Assembly (NCBI GenBank): GCA_902625415.1
Contig: CACOBG010000003.1
Span: 79,507 to 143,506 of the forward strand
DNA length: 64,000 nt
Direction of reading: 5' to 3'
Source: an uncultured SAR86 cluster bacterium
GTDB lineage: Bacteria > Pseudomonadota > Gammaproteobacteria > Magnimaribacterales > AG-339-G14
The position numbers and the translations under genes were made by a program. The notes under the pieces were generated by a model. That model saw nothing but the letters and a program-made list of their open reading frames with translations, was not told the DNA's origin and made no database searches. Positions 19,283 to 27,430 of this stretch are shown here, one piece after another; within the stretch, counting starts at the first letter, position 1, and every line of letters begins with the position of its first letter.

Positions 19283-21281
19283 AATTCATCTAATCTTATT
19301 ATTTCTATCATTAATTCTTTTAAGCTCTGAAGCTTTCTTAGAAAATAAATACTTCGCCTCAAATTCGTCCTTTGAAGTCATCCCTGAAAAAAATGTAATT
19401 GCTAATGAAAGCGAAATCTTTTTAATTGTAAGATTTAATTTAGATAAGGATTGGCATACCTATTGGATCAATCCTGGAGATTCGGGGGATCCTGCATCTT
19501 TCAATTGGGATCTTCCTGAGGGATTTAATATTTCTAAGCCAATTTGGCCTACTCCTGAGCTCATACCTTACCCACCTCTAACTACTTTTGGCTATACAGA
19601 TGAACTTAAACTTCTCTTTAAACTGTCTCTTCCTGAACAATTTGACGCAATCAATAAATTTTCTGTGATATCAAAATGGTTAGTATGTGCAGATGTTTGT
19701 ATACCCCAAGAAGGGAAAGTTAACTTTGTACTTTCCAAAGGAAACAGTAATGATTTTTCAATTCAAAACATTTTATTTGACGAAGTTAGATCATCTATTC
19801 CGCAATCAATAAAGCAAAAAGTAAGCTCTAAAATTGAAAGTGGAATACTTACCTTAAATTTAGGTGATTTTGGTTCTGATATAAAAGATGCTTATTTCTT
19901 TCCCTTTGAGGAAAACGTAATTGATTACTCGTTAAATCAAAAATTAGAAAAAAAATCTGATGAAATCAAGCTAAATATAAATCTTCTTGAAAGAAATAAA
20001 GCTGAAAGTTTGTCGGGCGGTGTTTTAAAAACAAATATGGGTGATTATAAAATTGAATTAGCTTCTGATTTTATCGCTACTGAATCAACTTTAAATCCTG
20101 AATTCATTTCTCTTTCAGCAGCAATTTTATTTTCCTTGATTGGTGGTCTTTTACTAAATTTAATGCCGTGCGTTTTTCCTGTAATCTCTTTGAAAATTCT
20201 AAATTTTGTCAATCATTCTGAAAATAAAACCCAAACTTCATTACATGGTTTTGCTTTTTCGTCTGGATCAATCTTAATGTTCGTTTTAATTGGCCTTTCC
20301 GTAGTTCTTTTGAAAGGGTTAGGTATGGATATTGGATGGGGATATCAACTCCAGTCACCCTTAGTCGTAAGTTTATTAATTTTCCTCTTTATTTTCTTAG
20401 CCGGATTCTTTTTATTGAATGTTAATTTCTTAAATTCTTTGCTTAGTATAGGTTCCTCTGGAGTTAGTACTCCTAGCTATATGAATTCTTTTGGTACTGG
20501 ATTTTTAGCAGTAATTGTTGCTACCCCTTGTACTGCGCCATTTATGGGCTCTGCATTGGGTTTTGCTATCCTGCAGCCAGGCTTCTCATCATTTTTAATT
20601 TTTCTCTCTTTAGGAATTGGATTTGCTTTGCCTTATATTCTTTTATCAATTTTTCCGAGCATGCTGTCCTTACTTCCAAAACCTGGAACTTGGATGGAAA
20701 CTTTTAAGCAGTTTATGGCCTTTCCAATGATTCTTACTGCTTTATGGTTGGTATGGGTCTTAAGTAGCCAGATTGACTCTTTTCAGCTTGTTTTAGTACT
20801 TTTGGGGATTTCTTTAATCGTATTTTTTTATTGGTTAAACCAACTCAAAATATCTTCTAAGATAGCATTGCAATTTAGAAATGTTATTTACCTATCAGTC
20901 TTAATTTCCTTATTCTTTACGTTACCAATACAAAAAGCTTCTTATCAGGAAGAAAGCAATATTTTTAGCGATGAAGAATTGGCAAAGAGGTTAGCAATTG
21001 GCCCAGTTTTTTTAAATTTCACAGCTGATTGGTGCATTACTTGCAAAGTGAATGAAAGAGTTGCTCTAAAGACTAAAGAAACTCTAAAGTTTTTTGAGAA
21101 AAAAAATATCTTCTATTTAGAAGCAGATTGGACAAATAAAAATGAATTGATTGCAAAAAAACTTGCTAGTTTTGGAAGATCAAGCATCCCGCTTTATATT
21201 TATTATCCAGATGATAAAAGCGTACCAATTATTTTGCCGGAAATTTTAACCGAATCGGTAATTCAAGATTACTTAAATTAA
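19269..21281 (+). CDS. dsbD: Thiol:disulfide interchange protein, DsbD/ScsB family
   Basis: N-domain WHTYW.NPGDSG and C...C (CADVC); TM domain MPCVFP and ATPCTAP; C-terminal Trx ADWCITCK. Confidence 0.9.
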   Translation: MARLRIHLILLFLSLILLSSEAFLENKYFASNSSFEVIPEKNVIANESEIFLIVRFNLDKDWHTYWINPGDSGDPASFNWDLPEGFNISKPIWPTPELIPYPPLTTFGYTDELKLLFKLSLPEQFDAINKFSVISKWLVCADVCIPQEGKVNFVLSKGNSNDFSIQNILFDEVRSSIPQSIKQKVSSKIESGILTLNLGDFGSDIKDAYFFPFEENVIDYSLNQKLEKKSDEIKLNINLLERNKAESLSGGVLKTNMGDYKIELASDFIATESTLNPEFISLSAAILFSLIGGLLLNLMPCVFPVISLKILNFVNHSENKTQTSLHGFAFSSGSILMFVLIGLSVVLLKGLGMDIGWGYQLQSPLVVSLLIFLFIFLAGFFLLNVNFLNSLLSIGSSGVSTPSYMNSFGTGFLAVIVATPCTAPFMGSALGFAILQPGFSSFLIFLSLGIGFALPYILLSIFPSMLSLLPKPGTWMETFKQFMAFPMILTALWLVWVLSSQIDSFQLVLVLLGISLIVFFYWLNQLKISSKIALQFRNVIYLSVLISLFFTLPIQKASYQEESNIFSDEELAKRLAIGPVFLNFTADWCITCKVNERVALKTKETLKFFEKKNIFYLEADWTNKNELIAKKLASFGRSSIPLYIYYPDDKSVPIILPEILTESVIQDYLN

Positions 21282-21282
21282 G

Positions 21283-21798
21283 TTAGGCAACTATATATTC
21301 CTGCCAATCGGTTTCTATTTTTTTTGTTCCTATAGATTCTTGACCTTTTATAAGGTCTCTCAAAGAAGGTGTTTTTACTTCTGGAGAAGGATCAATTATT
21401 TTATCCGCCTTTGATAAATTACAAGATTTACAACAGGTGGTTACATTTAACCAATTGGTTTCTCCACCCTTACTTTTTGGAATTATATGATCAATTGTTA
21501 AGTCTTTTTTTTCAAAAACATTTTTACAGTATTGGCAGGTAAACATATCTCTCAAAAATACATTAGATCTTGAAAACTTAACTTTTTTTGAAAACTTGTA
21601 ATACTTTCTAAGCATGACAATACTCGGTACTTTGAAAGATTGTGATGGTGATCTTACTTCCCAATCATCATGCTCTTTAATAACAATAACATTTCTAGTG
21701 AAAACTAATTTGACAGCAGTTTTCCAATCTACTGCCGATAATGGAAAATAACTTAGAGGTTTTCCGTTTCCATTGAGTATCAAACAATCACTAGACAT
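21283..21798 (-). CDS. HNH endonuclease family protein
   Basis: SRSNVFLRD..CQYC, LTIDHIIPKSKGG..NW.N...C..CN. Confidence 0.9.
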   Translation of the reverse strand: MSSDCLILNGNGKPLSYFPLSAVDWKTAVKLVFTRNVIVIKEHDDWEVRSPSQSFKVPSIVMLRKYYKFSKKVKFSRSNVFLRDMFTCQYCKNVFEKKDLTIDHIIPKSKGGETNWLNVTTCCKSCNLSKADKIIDPSPEVKTPSLRDLIKGQESIGTKKIETDWQEYIVA

Positions 21799-21872
21799 AA
21801 ATTCATCATACTAGAATTTTAAAAAATTATTAATTCCATAAAATAAATAATTTAATGCTAGAATGGCTCGCC

Positions 21873-22880
21873 ATGGAGTTCCTAGGAAGCCACATTCTCT
21901 CCATAGATCAGTTTGAAAGAACTGACATAGAAAAAATATTTACAACCTCTGACGCTCTAGTTCCTTATGCAAATAGGGAAAGAATTACTCGTGTACTTCA
22001 AGGTGCGATTCTTTCAAATATGTTTTTTGAACCAAGTACCAGAACCAGAATAAGTTTTGGGAGTGCTTTTAATATTCTAGGTGGAGAAGTAAGAGAGACT
22101 ACAGGAATAGAAGCAACTTCATTGGCTAAAGGTGAATCTCTTTATGACACTTCAAGAGTTTTAAGTGGCTACAGCGACATAATTGTCATGCGGCATCATG
22201 AGGCGGGATCAGTAAATGAATTTGCAGAAGCTTCTAGGGTTCCTGTTATAAATGGAGGTGATGGTGACAATGAGCATCCGAGTCAGGCTTTGTTGGATCT
22301 CTATACAATAAAAAAAGAGCTAGAATCAAAGAATAAATCCATTGATGGTTTGAGAATTGCTCTGATAGGTGATCTGAAATATGGAAGAGCTGTACATTCT
22401 TTATGTAAGGTTCTTTGCCTATATAAAAATGTAACCATCAACTTAATTTCTCCAAAAAAATTAAAACTTCCTTCCTCTATTAAAGAAACTTTTAAGGAAT
22501 CGTCTGTAAGTTTTTTTGAAACAGATGACATCACAAAAGGAATTTCTGACGTCGATATTATATATATGACTCGAATTCAAGAAGAAAGATTTTCTAGTAA
22601 ATTTGAGTCTGGAAAGTACAAAGGACTCATGTCTTTAAACCAAGAAATTTATACTAAAAACTGTGAACCTAATACCATAATCATGCACCCTCTTCCCCGC
22701 GATTCTCGTCCAGATGCAAACGAATTAGATCCTGATCTCAATCAGAATCCTAATCTTGCTATATACAGACAAACTGATAATGGTCTTTTAATTAGAATGG
22801 CGCTCTTTTCTTTAGTCTTAGGAGTTCAAAACAAAATTGAAGAGTCTACTTCCAATGTAGCTTGGTTCTCTAATAAGTAA
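21873..22880 (+). CDS. pyrB: Aspartate carbamoyltransferase catalytic subunit
   Basis: FFEPSTRT, KGESL.D, HPSQALLD, GDLKYGR.VHS, TRIQ.ER, HPLP. Start placed at ATG 21873, 8 nt after an extended -10 (TGcTAGAAT). Confidence 0.93.
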   Translation: MEFLGSHILSIDQFERTDIEKIFTTSDALVPYANRERITRVLQGAILSNMFFEPSTRTRISFGSAFNILGGEVRETTGIEATSLAKGESLYDTSRVLSGYSDIIVMRHHEAGSVNEFAEASRVPVINGGDGDNEHPSQALLDLYTIKKELESKNKSIDGLRIALIGDLKYGRAVHSLCKVLCLYKNVTINLISPKKLKLPSSIKETFKESSVSFFETDDITKGISDVDIIYMTRIQEERFSSKFESGKYKGLMSLNQEIYTKNCEPNTIIMHPLPRDSRPDANELDPDLNQNPNLAIYRQTDNGLLIRMALFSLVLGVQNKIEESTSNVAWFSNK

Positions 22881-22883
22881 GCT

Positions 22884-24146
22884 TTAATTAACCGCTAAAA
22901 TATCTTGTAAGTTGGTCGTGTATCGAGGAGATTGTAATTCTCTTTTCATTGACCATTCTTTTTTAATTCCTTGTGCAAGAAAACTCACAGGTCCTAAATT
23001 ACTTTGGTTAATTTGATCGACTAAGCTCATCATCTTAAAGTCTCTGGTATTTCTATCTTTTTGTTTGAACAAGTCTAGTTGATATACAGTTTCATCAAAA
23101 AAATCACTCAACATAATGCCAGCTTTATTGTAGTTAAAGTCTTTTCGATATAAGTCCTTTAGTAGAAGCTTTGCAGACTTAATCAAGTCTCTTGTATCGT
23201 TAGTTGGATATAAAAGAGAAGTTGATCTAATTTCCCTATGCTGGACATCTTGTTTTCTAAAAGGATTGGTTCTAATGAAGACAGAAATAATCTTGCAAGC
23301 CTTCCCTTCTTTTCTTAATTTTTCAGCTGCTCGGGCTGCATAATCACTGACTGCTTCCTCTAAAAAATCTAATTCTGTGACACGTTTTCCAAAAGTCCGA
23401 CTGACTACTATTTGTTTTTTTGGTGCAGGTGCATTATCCAAGGGAATACAAGTCTCTCCTCTTAACTCTCTAATGGTGTTAACCAACATAATACTGAATT
23501 GTTTTCGTACTTGTCCTATATCCATTTGACTTAGATTAAATGCAGTTGAAACTCTTTGGGAAAGAAGACGCTTGTTCAATCTCCGCCCTACTCCCCATAT
23601 TTCATTTACCGGCATTAGTTTCATGAGTTTTGTTCGTTTATGTAATGCAGTGACGTCTAGTACTCCTTGAGTAGTTGGATAACGCTTAGCGCCATAACTT
23701 GCAACCTTAGCCAAGGTCTTGGTGGGACCTATGCCAACACGAACTGGCATTCCGGTATACTGCATAATTTTTTTTTGACAGACTCTACCGAACTCTTCTA
23801 AGTCCATGCAATTGGCTATACCGGTTAAATCAAGAAATGCTTCATCAATACTATAAATTTCTACTTTAGGAGCAAGCTCTTCTAAAATACTCATAATTCG
23901 AGATGAAATATCGCCATACAGCTCATAATTAGATGAGAATGCAATTCCACCTTTTTGCTTGAATATTTTTTCGATTTTAAACCAAGGATCACACATCTTG
24001 ATTCCAAGGCCTTTTGCTTCCTTAGTTAAGGCAACGACGCAACCATCATTATTTGATAAAACAACTACTGGTTTTGTTCTAAGATCTGGTCTGAAAACTC
24101 TTTCACATGAAGCATAAAAACTATTGCAGTCTACTAAAGCAAACAT
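22884..24146 (-). CDS. umuC: Y-family DNA polymerase V subunit UmuC
   Basis: LVDCNSFYASCE, VLSNNDGC, YSIDEAF, QLDLF clamp motif, W.MKRE..SPRYTT. Confidence 0.95.
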   Translation of the reverse strand: MFALVDCNSFYASCERVFRPDLRTKPVVVLSNNDGCVVALTKEAKGLGIKMCDPWFKIEKIFKQKGGIAFSSNYELYGDISSRIMSILEELAPKVEIYSIDEAFLDLTGIANCMDLEEFGRVCQKKIMQYTGMPVRVGIGPTKTLAKVASYGAKRYPTTQGVLDVTALHKRTKLMKLMPVNEIWGVGRRLNKRLLSQRVSTAFNLSQMDIGQVRKQFSIMLVNTIRELRGETCIPLDNAPAPKKQIVVSRTFGKRVTELDFLEEAVSDYAARAAEKLRKEGKACKIISVFIRTNPFRKQDVQHREIRSTSLLYPTNDTRDLIKSAKLLLKDLYRKDFNYNKAGIMLSDFFDETVYQLDLFKQKDRNTRDFKMMSLVDQINQSNLGPVSFLAQGIKKEWSMKRELQSPRYTTNLQDILAVN

Positions 24147-24147
24147 C

Positions 24148-24573
24148 TTAAAACTGATTTATTGCTGCAGTAACAACTCCCATTATGTCTAGCTCTTCTC
24201 CGTTCTTTAAAAAAATTGGCGGGTATTTAATGTTCTCCGACAATAAACCCAACTTAGGTGTTAACTGAAGACGCTTACAAGCATAAGCGCCATCGATGGA
24301 AGCGATAACAATATCACCATGTTTGGCTTCTAGACTCCTATCAACTATAAGTATTGCACCATTATTGATTCCTGCATTTAACATGGAATCTCCATTTGCT
24401 CTGACAAGATAAGTAGCAGCTGGAGCTTTTATTAAAAGTTGATGTAAATCAATTGATTTTTCTATGTAGTCATCTGCAGGACTTGGCCAACCTACTTGAA
24501 CGTACTCAGAAAACAAAGGTGTTTCTGAGTTTCTGTCAGAGTCTGCAATCTGCCCTAAATGTTTTAAATTCAT
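24148..24573 (-). CDS. umuD: DNA polymerase V subunit UmuD (S24 peptidase)
   Basis: G.PSPA.DY, catalytic GDSM and CKRL, directly upstream of umuC. Confidence 0.94.
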   Translation of the reverse strand: MNLKHLGQIADSDRNSETPLFSEYVQVGWPSPADDYIEKSIDLHQLLIKAPAATYLVRANGDSMLNAGINNGAILIVDRSLEAKHGDIVIASIDGAYACKRLQLTPKLGLLSENIKYPPIFLKNGEELDIMGVVTAAINQF

Positions 24574-24596
24574 AAATATTAAGGTTAAATAATTAA

Positions 24597-24616
24597 TACT
24601 GTATATATATACAGTA
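24597..24616. promoter_or_regulatory. LexA (SOS) box
   Basis: TACTGTATATATATACAGTA, identical to the gammaproteobacterial consensus CTG-N10-CAG, 23 nt upstream of the umuD ATG. Confidence 0.95.
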
Positions 24617-24651
24617 TATTTACATTAGGAGAAAATGCAACTGGAATTTTA

Positions 24652-25167
24652 TTAGATAATTTTAGCTATCTTGACTGCGAAAGCTGAGCCGCCGCCTACT
24701 ATTTTAGTCCAGATATTAATGAAAATACCTGGAGTTAAATTCTTCTTTTCAGCCGATTCAAGTTTATGATCAATTTCGTCATCCTGACATGACTGCAGAA
24801 GATCTATTAACTCTTGATTGGGATTTGGCTGAGCTCGAAGATATTCGAGTTGTTCTTCGTAGTGCTCTTCCACAAAAGCTTCAACAGCTTCTATAGTAGC
24901 AAAGACAATTTTTGGACCAAATAGCGTAGGAAGAAAACCGAGTAAAAAGCCAGCAACTTTCCACAACCAAACTAATTTGCTTCTATCTTCTTTTGGAAGC
25001 ACTGCCTCAATCTTTTGAAGATGGGATTCTTCAGTTATTAAATGCCTTTTGGAAAAATTGACCAATTCAGGATCCCTGGCAATTTTAAGAATTCCTCTGT
25101 AAATATAAACAGCTCCTACCTCACCAGCGTGATCTGATCTTAAAAAGGCTTTTAATAAATTATCCAT
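24652..25167 (-). CDS. coq7: Demethoxyubiquinone hydroxylase, Coq7 di-iron family
   Basis: RSDHAGEVGAV.IY.G, EESH, E...EEHY..Q, DE.DH. Confidence 0.85.
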   Translation of the reverse strand: MDNLLKAFLRSDHAGEVGAVYIYRGILKIARDPELVNFSKRHLITEESHLQKIEAVLPKEDRSKLVWLWKVAGFLLGFLPTLFGPKIVFATIEAVEAFVEEHYEEQLEYLRAQPNPNQELIDLLQSCQDDEIDHKLESAEKKNLTPGIFINIWTKIVGGGSAFAVKIAKII

Positions 25168-25209
25168 TAGAGAAAAATACCTAGAAACTTAGTTATAAAA
25201 AAATATCTT

Positions 25210-25473
25210 TTAAGCAACTTTAGCTTTTTTATATTCTCTGTAGTTATTAACTATTCCGACATAATTAATATAAGCCCATATTGGCATGAAGGCTAATAAC
25301 CACCAAAGTTGAGTAGCGATTAGTAAGTAAACTCCCGGAATAAAACCAATAGTACCAATAATAAAGCCGTAAAAACGAGTTTTTGCGTTGATACTGGTTA
25401 GCAAATAAACACAAACGAAAGCAAAAATTTGATCAAAAATTTGTGCAGAATTGAAAATATTGATTTCAAACAT
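25210..25473 (-). CDS. Small three-TM membrane protein (half-PnuC-like)
   Basis: Three hydrophobic segments, GAGG-type SD upstream; resemblance to a single PnuC repeat is tentative. Confidence 0.55.
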   Translation of the reverse strand: MFEINIFNSAQIFDQIFAFVCVYLLTSINAKTRFYGFIIGTIGFIPGVYLLIATQLWWLLAFMPIWAYINYVGIVNNYREYKKAKVA

Positions 25474-25489
25474 ATTAACCTCAGAAATT

Positions 25490-25566
25490 TGGTAGACACG
25501 CCCGGATTCGAACCGGGGACCCCTACCATGTCAAGGTAGTACTCTAACCAACTGAGCTACGTGTCT
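25490..25566 (-). tRNA. tRNA-Val(GAC)
   Basis: AGACACG/CGTGTCT acceptor, TAGCTCAGTTGGTTAGAG D-arm, CTACC-TTGACAT-GGTAG anticodon arm, GGTTCGAATCC T-arm, encoded CCA. Confidence 0.97.
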
Positions 25567-26825
25567 AAATTCGGAACGAATTCTAACACAGTCGCATTGA
25601 TACAATACCTTGGTTTGCCATTTGGACCGTCGTTGAATACGTGTCCTAAGTGAATGCCTGATGATTTAGATCTTATCTCAACACGAACCATGCCATAACT
25701 ATAATCCATATGTTCAGTTACAGAATCCTCAATCGCTTCAGTAAAAGAAAGCCACCCTGTTTTAGAATTAAATCTGTGTTTGGTATCAAAAAGCGGAGCT
25801 CCACTTAATTTGTCAACAAATACTCCTTCGGGAGTATTTTTAAATAATTCATATTCTTTGCAATACGTGGGATCTGTACCTTGATTAAACGCTACATTGT
25901 AAGCTTCAGTTTTGCCGAGTTTGAATTTCCCTAGAAGCTCATAAAATTTATCTTTAGCAAGGTATCCCTGGTGAGCAGAAATTTCTTTACCGTTTTCTAA
26001 AAAATAGATTGTTGGTGTAGCCCAGGTAGGAGTTTTTAAATCTAAGCCGTCTAATTCATTTGATGTTCGAAAAAATAACTCAATGGATCCTTTATAGCTA
26101 TTTAAGACTTCTTTTCTTAGTTTGAAGCAGTAAGGACAGCCTTCAGCATCAAGAATAAGTACTTTTTTGCCGGATGCTAAATTTTTATTATCTACAAAAT
26201 CCTCAGTTTCTTTAGAAAAAATAATGCCTGTTGAATTATCTGGACAATACCCATTAGGATTTTTTACTAAATAATCTTGGTGATAATCTTCTGCCAAATA
26301 AAAATTTGTATACTTTTTGATGTCTGTTGAAATTGGTCCGTAACCTTTTTTACTTAATAACTTCTGATAATTATCTCTAACTCCTTCAGAGATACTTATT
26401 TCGTCAATCGTATTAGCGAGAATCAAGGAGCGATATTGAGTCCCTATGTCGTTTCCTTGTCTGTTAATTTGGGTTGGGTCATGCATTTCAAAGAAAATCT
26501 TTACAAGACTTTCGAAGTCAGTTTGATTACTGTTATAAGTTACTCTAACTACTTCAGCAAAATTATTTGGGTTGAACCTATTTTCTCTTTTGATTATTTC
26601 TTTGTAAACAGGCTTAATATTTTTTCCATCAGCATAGCCTGACTCAACATTTACAACTCCGTAACTTTCCTGAAATTTTTTTTCAACACTCCAAAAACAA
26701 CCCGCTCCAAAAATGATTGTTTTCAGGTGATTTGTTGAGTTCTCCGCAAACAAGTTTGTATTTAAAAAAGAGATACAAAATAAACTAAAAATAAATTTAT
26801 AAGAAAATGATGATATTTTGTTCAT
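25557..26825 (-). CDS. msrAB: Exported methionine sulfoxide reductase fusion MsrA-thioredoxin-like-MsrB
   Basis: Signal peptide; GAGCFW, GNDIGTQYRS, AEDYHQ.Y (MsrA); CPYC...TPT (Trx-like); GWLSF, HLGHVF.DGP...RYCIN (MsrB). Confidence 0.92.
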   Translation of the reverse strand: MNKISSFSYKFIFSLFCISFLNTNLFAENSTNHLKTIIFGAGCFWSVEKKFQESYGVVNVESGYADGKNIKPVYKEIIKRENRFNPNNFAEVVRVTYNSNQTDFESLVKIFFEMHDPTQINRQGNDIGTQYRSLILANTIDEISISEGVRDNYQKLLSKKGYGPISTDIKKYTNFYLAEDYHQDYLVKNPNGYCPDNSTGIIFSKETEDFVDNKNLASGKKVLILDAEGCPYCFKLRKEVLNSYKGSIELFFRTSNELDGLDLKTPTWATPTIYFLENGKEISAHQGYLAKDKFYELLGKFKLGKTEAYNVAFNQGTDPTYCKEYELFKNTPEGVFVDKLSGAPLFDTKHRFNSKTGWLSFTEAIEDSVTEHMDYSYGMVRVEIRSKSSGIHLGHVFNDGPNGKPRYCINATVLEFVPNLDT

Positions 26826-26846
26826 ATATAAATATTATCCCATTAG

Positions 26847-27425
26847 ATGAAAATAATTCTTTTTATTGTTATAACCATAATAATTTTTTTTTCTTGGTTT
26901 TTTCTTGATACCACATCATCTTCGAATTCTCTCGAAACAACAAATAGTGCATACATTTCAGAGGAAGAGGCGTCTTCTAAAATAACCGATTTGACTTCTT
27001 TGAGCTCAAGAATATCAAAAAAAAATATCTATCTTAATCTAGAAGTTATTGATAGTAAGGAAAACTTCTCTCCAGTCAAAAATTTATTTGCATTCAAAAA
27101 AGTTACTAATTTTGAAGAATCTTTTATCGACATAATTCCTGGAGATATTCTAAATATAAATTTATTTGGAAATAATTTTCAAAAAGAAATTAAAACGGTT
27201 AATAAATCCAACTCAAATAAAATTATTAGAACAAAGTCGCTCGATAACGAAAATGAGTCTTTTTTGGTTATAGGTAACGAGCTAGCTTTTGGAAAGTTTC
27301 ATATCGATGGAAAAGTTTTTTTGCTTAACAAAAATGAAAACCTTACATATATTACAAATACTTCTGAAGCAGATTTAGAAATCCCTCAATTCAGTGAAGA
27401 AGATTATTCTTTAGAAAAGAAATAG
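26847..27425 (+). CDS. Membrane-anchored hypothetical protein, metalloprotease propeptide/chaperone-like
   Basis: N-terminal TM, Ser-rich linker, beta-rich domain GDILNINLF...FGKFHIDGKVFLL. Confidence 0.55.
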   Translation: MKIILFIVITIIIFFSWFFLDTTSSSNSLETTNSAYISEEEASSKITDLTSLSSRISKKNIYLNLEVIDSKENFSPVKNLFAFKKVTNFEESFIDIIPGDILNINLFGNNFQKEIKTVNKSNSNKIIRTKSLDNENESFLVIGNELAFGKFHIDGKVFLLNKNENLTYITNTSEADLEIPQFSEEDYSLEKK

Positions 27426-27430
27426 TTCGC

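Noticed and set aside
22860-25500. Prophage or integrative element at tRNA-Val (also checked tRNA-Leu and tRNA-Arg)
   Set aside because: No integrase, transposase or duplicated tRNA 3' end was found by eye
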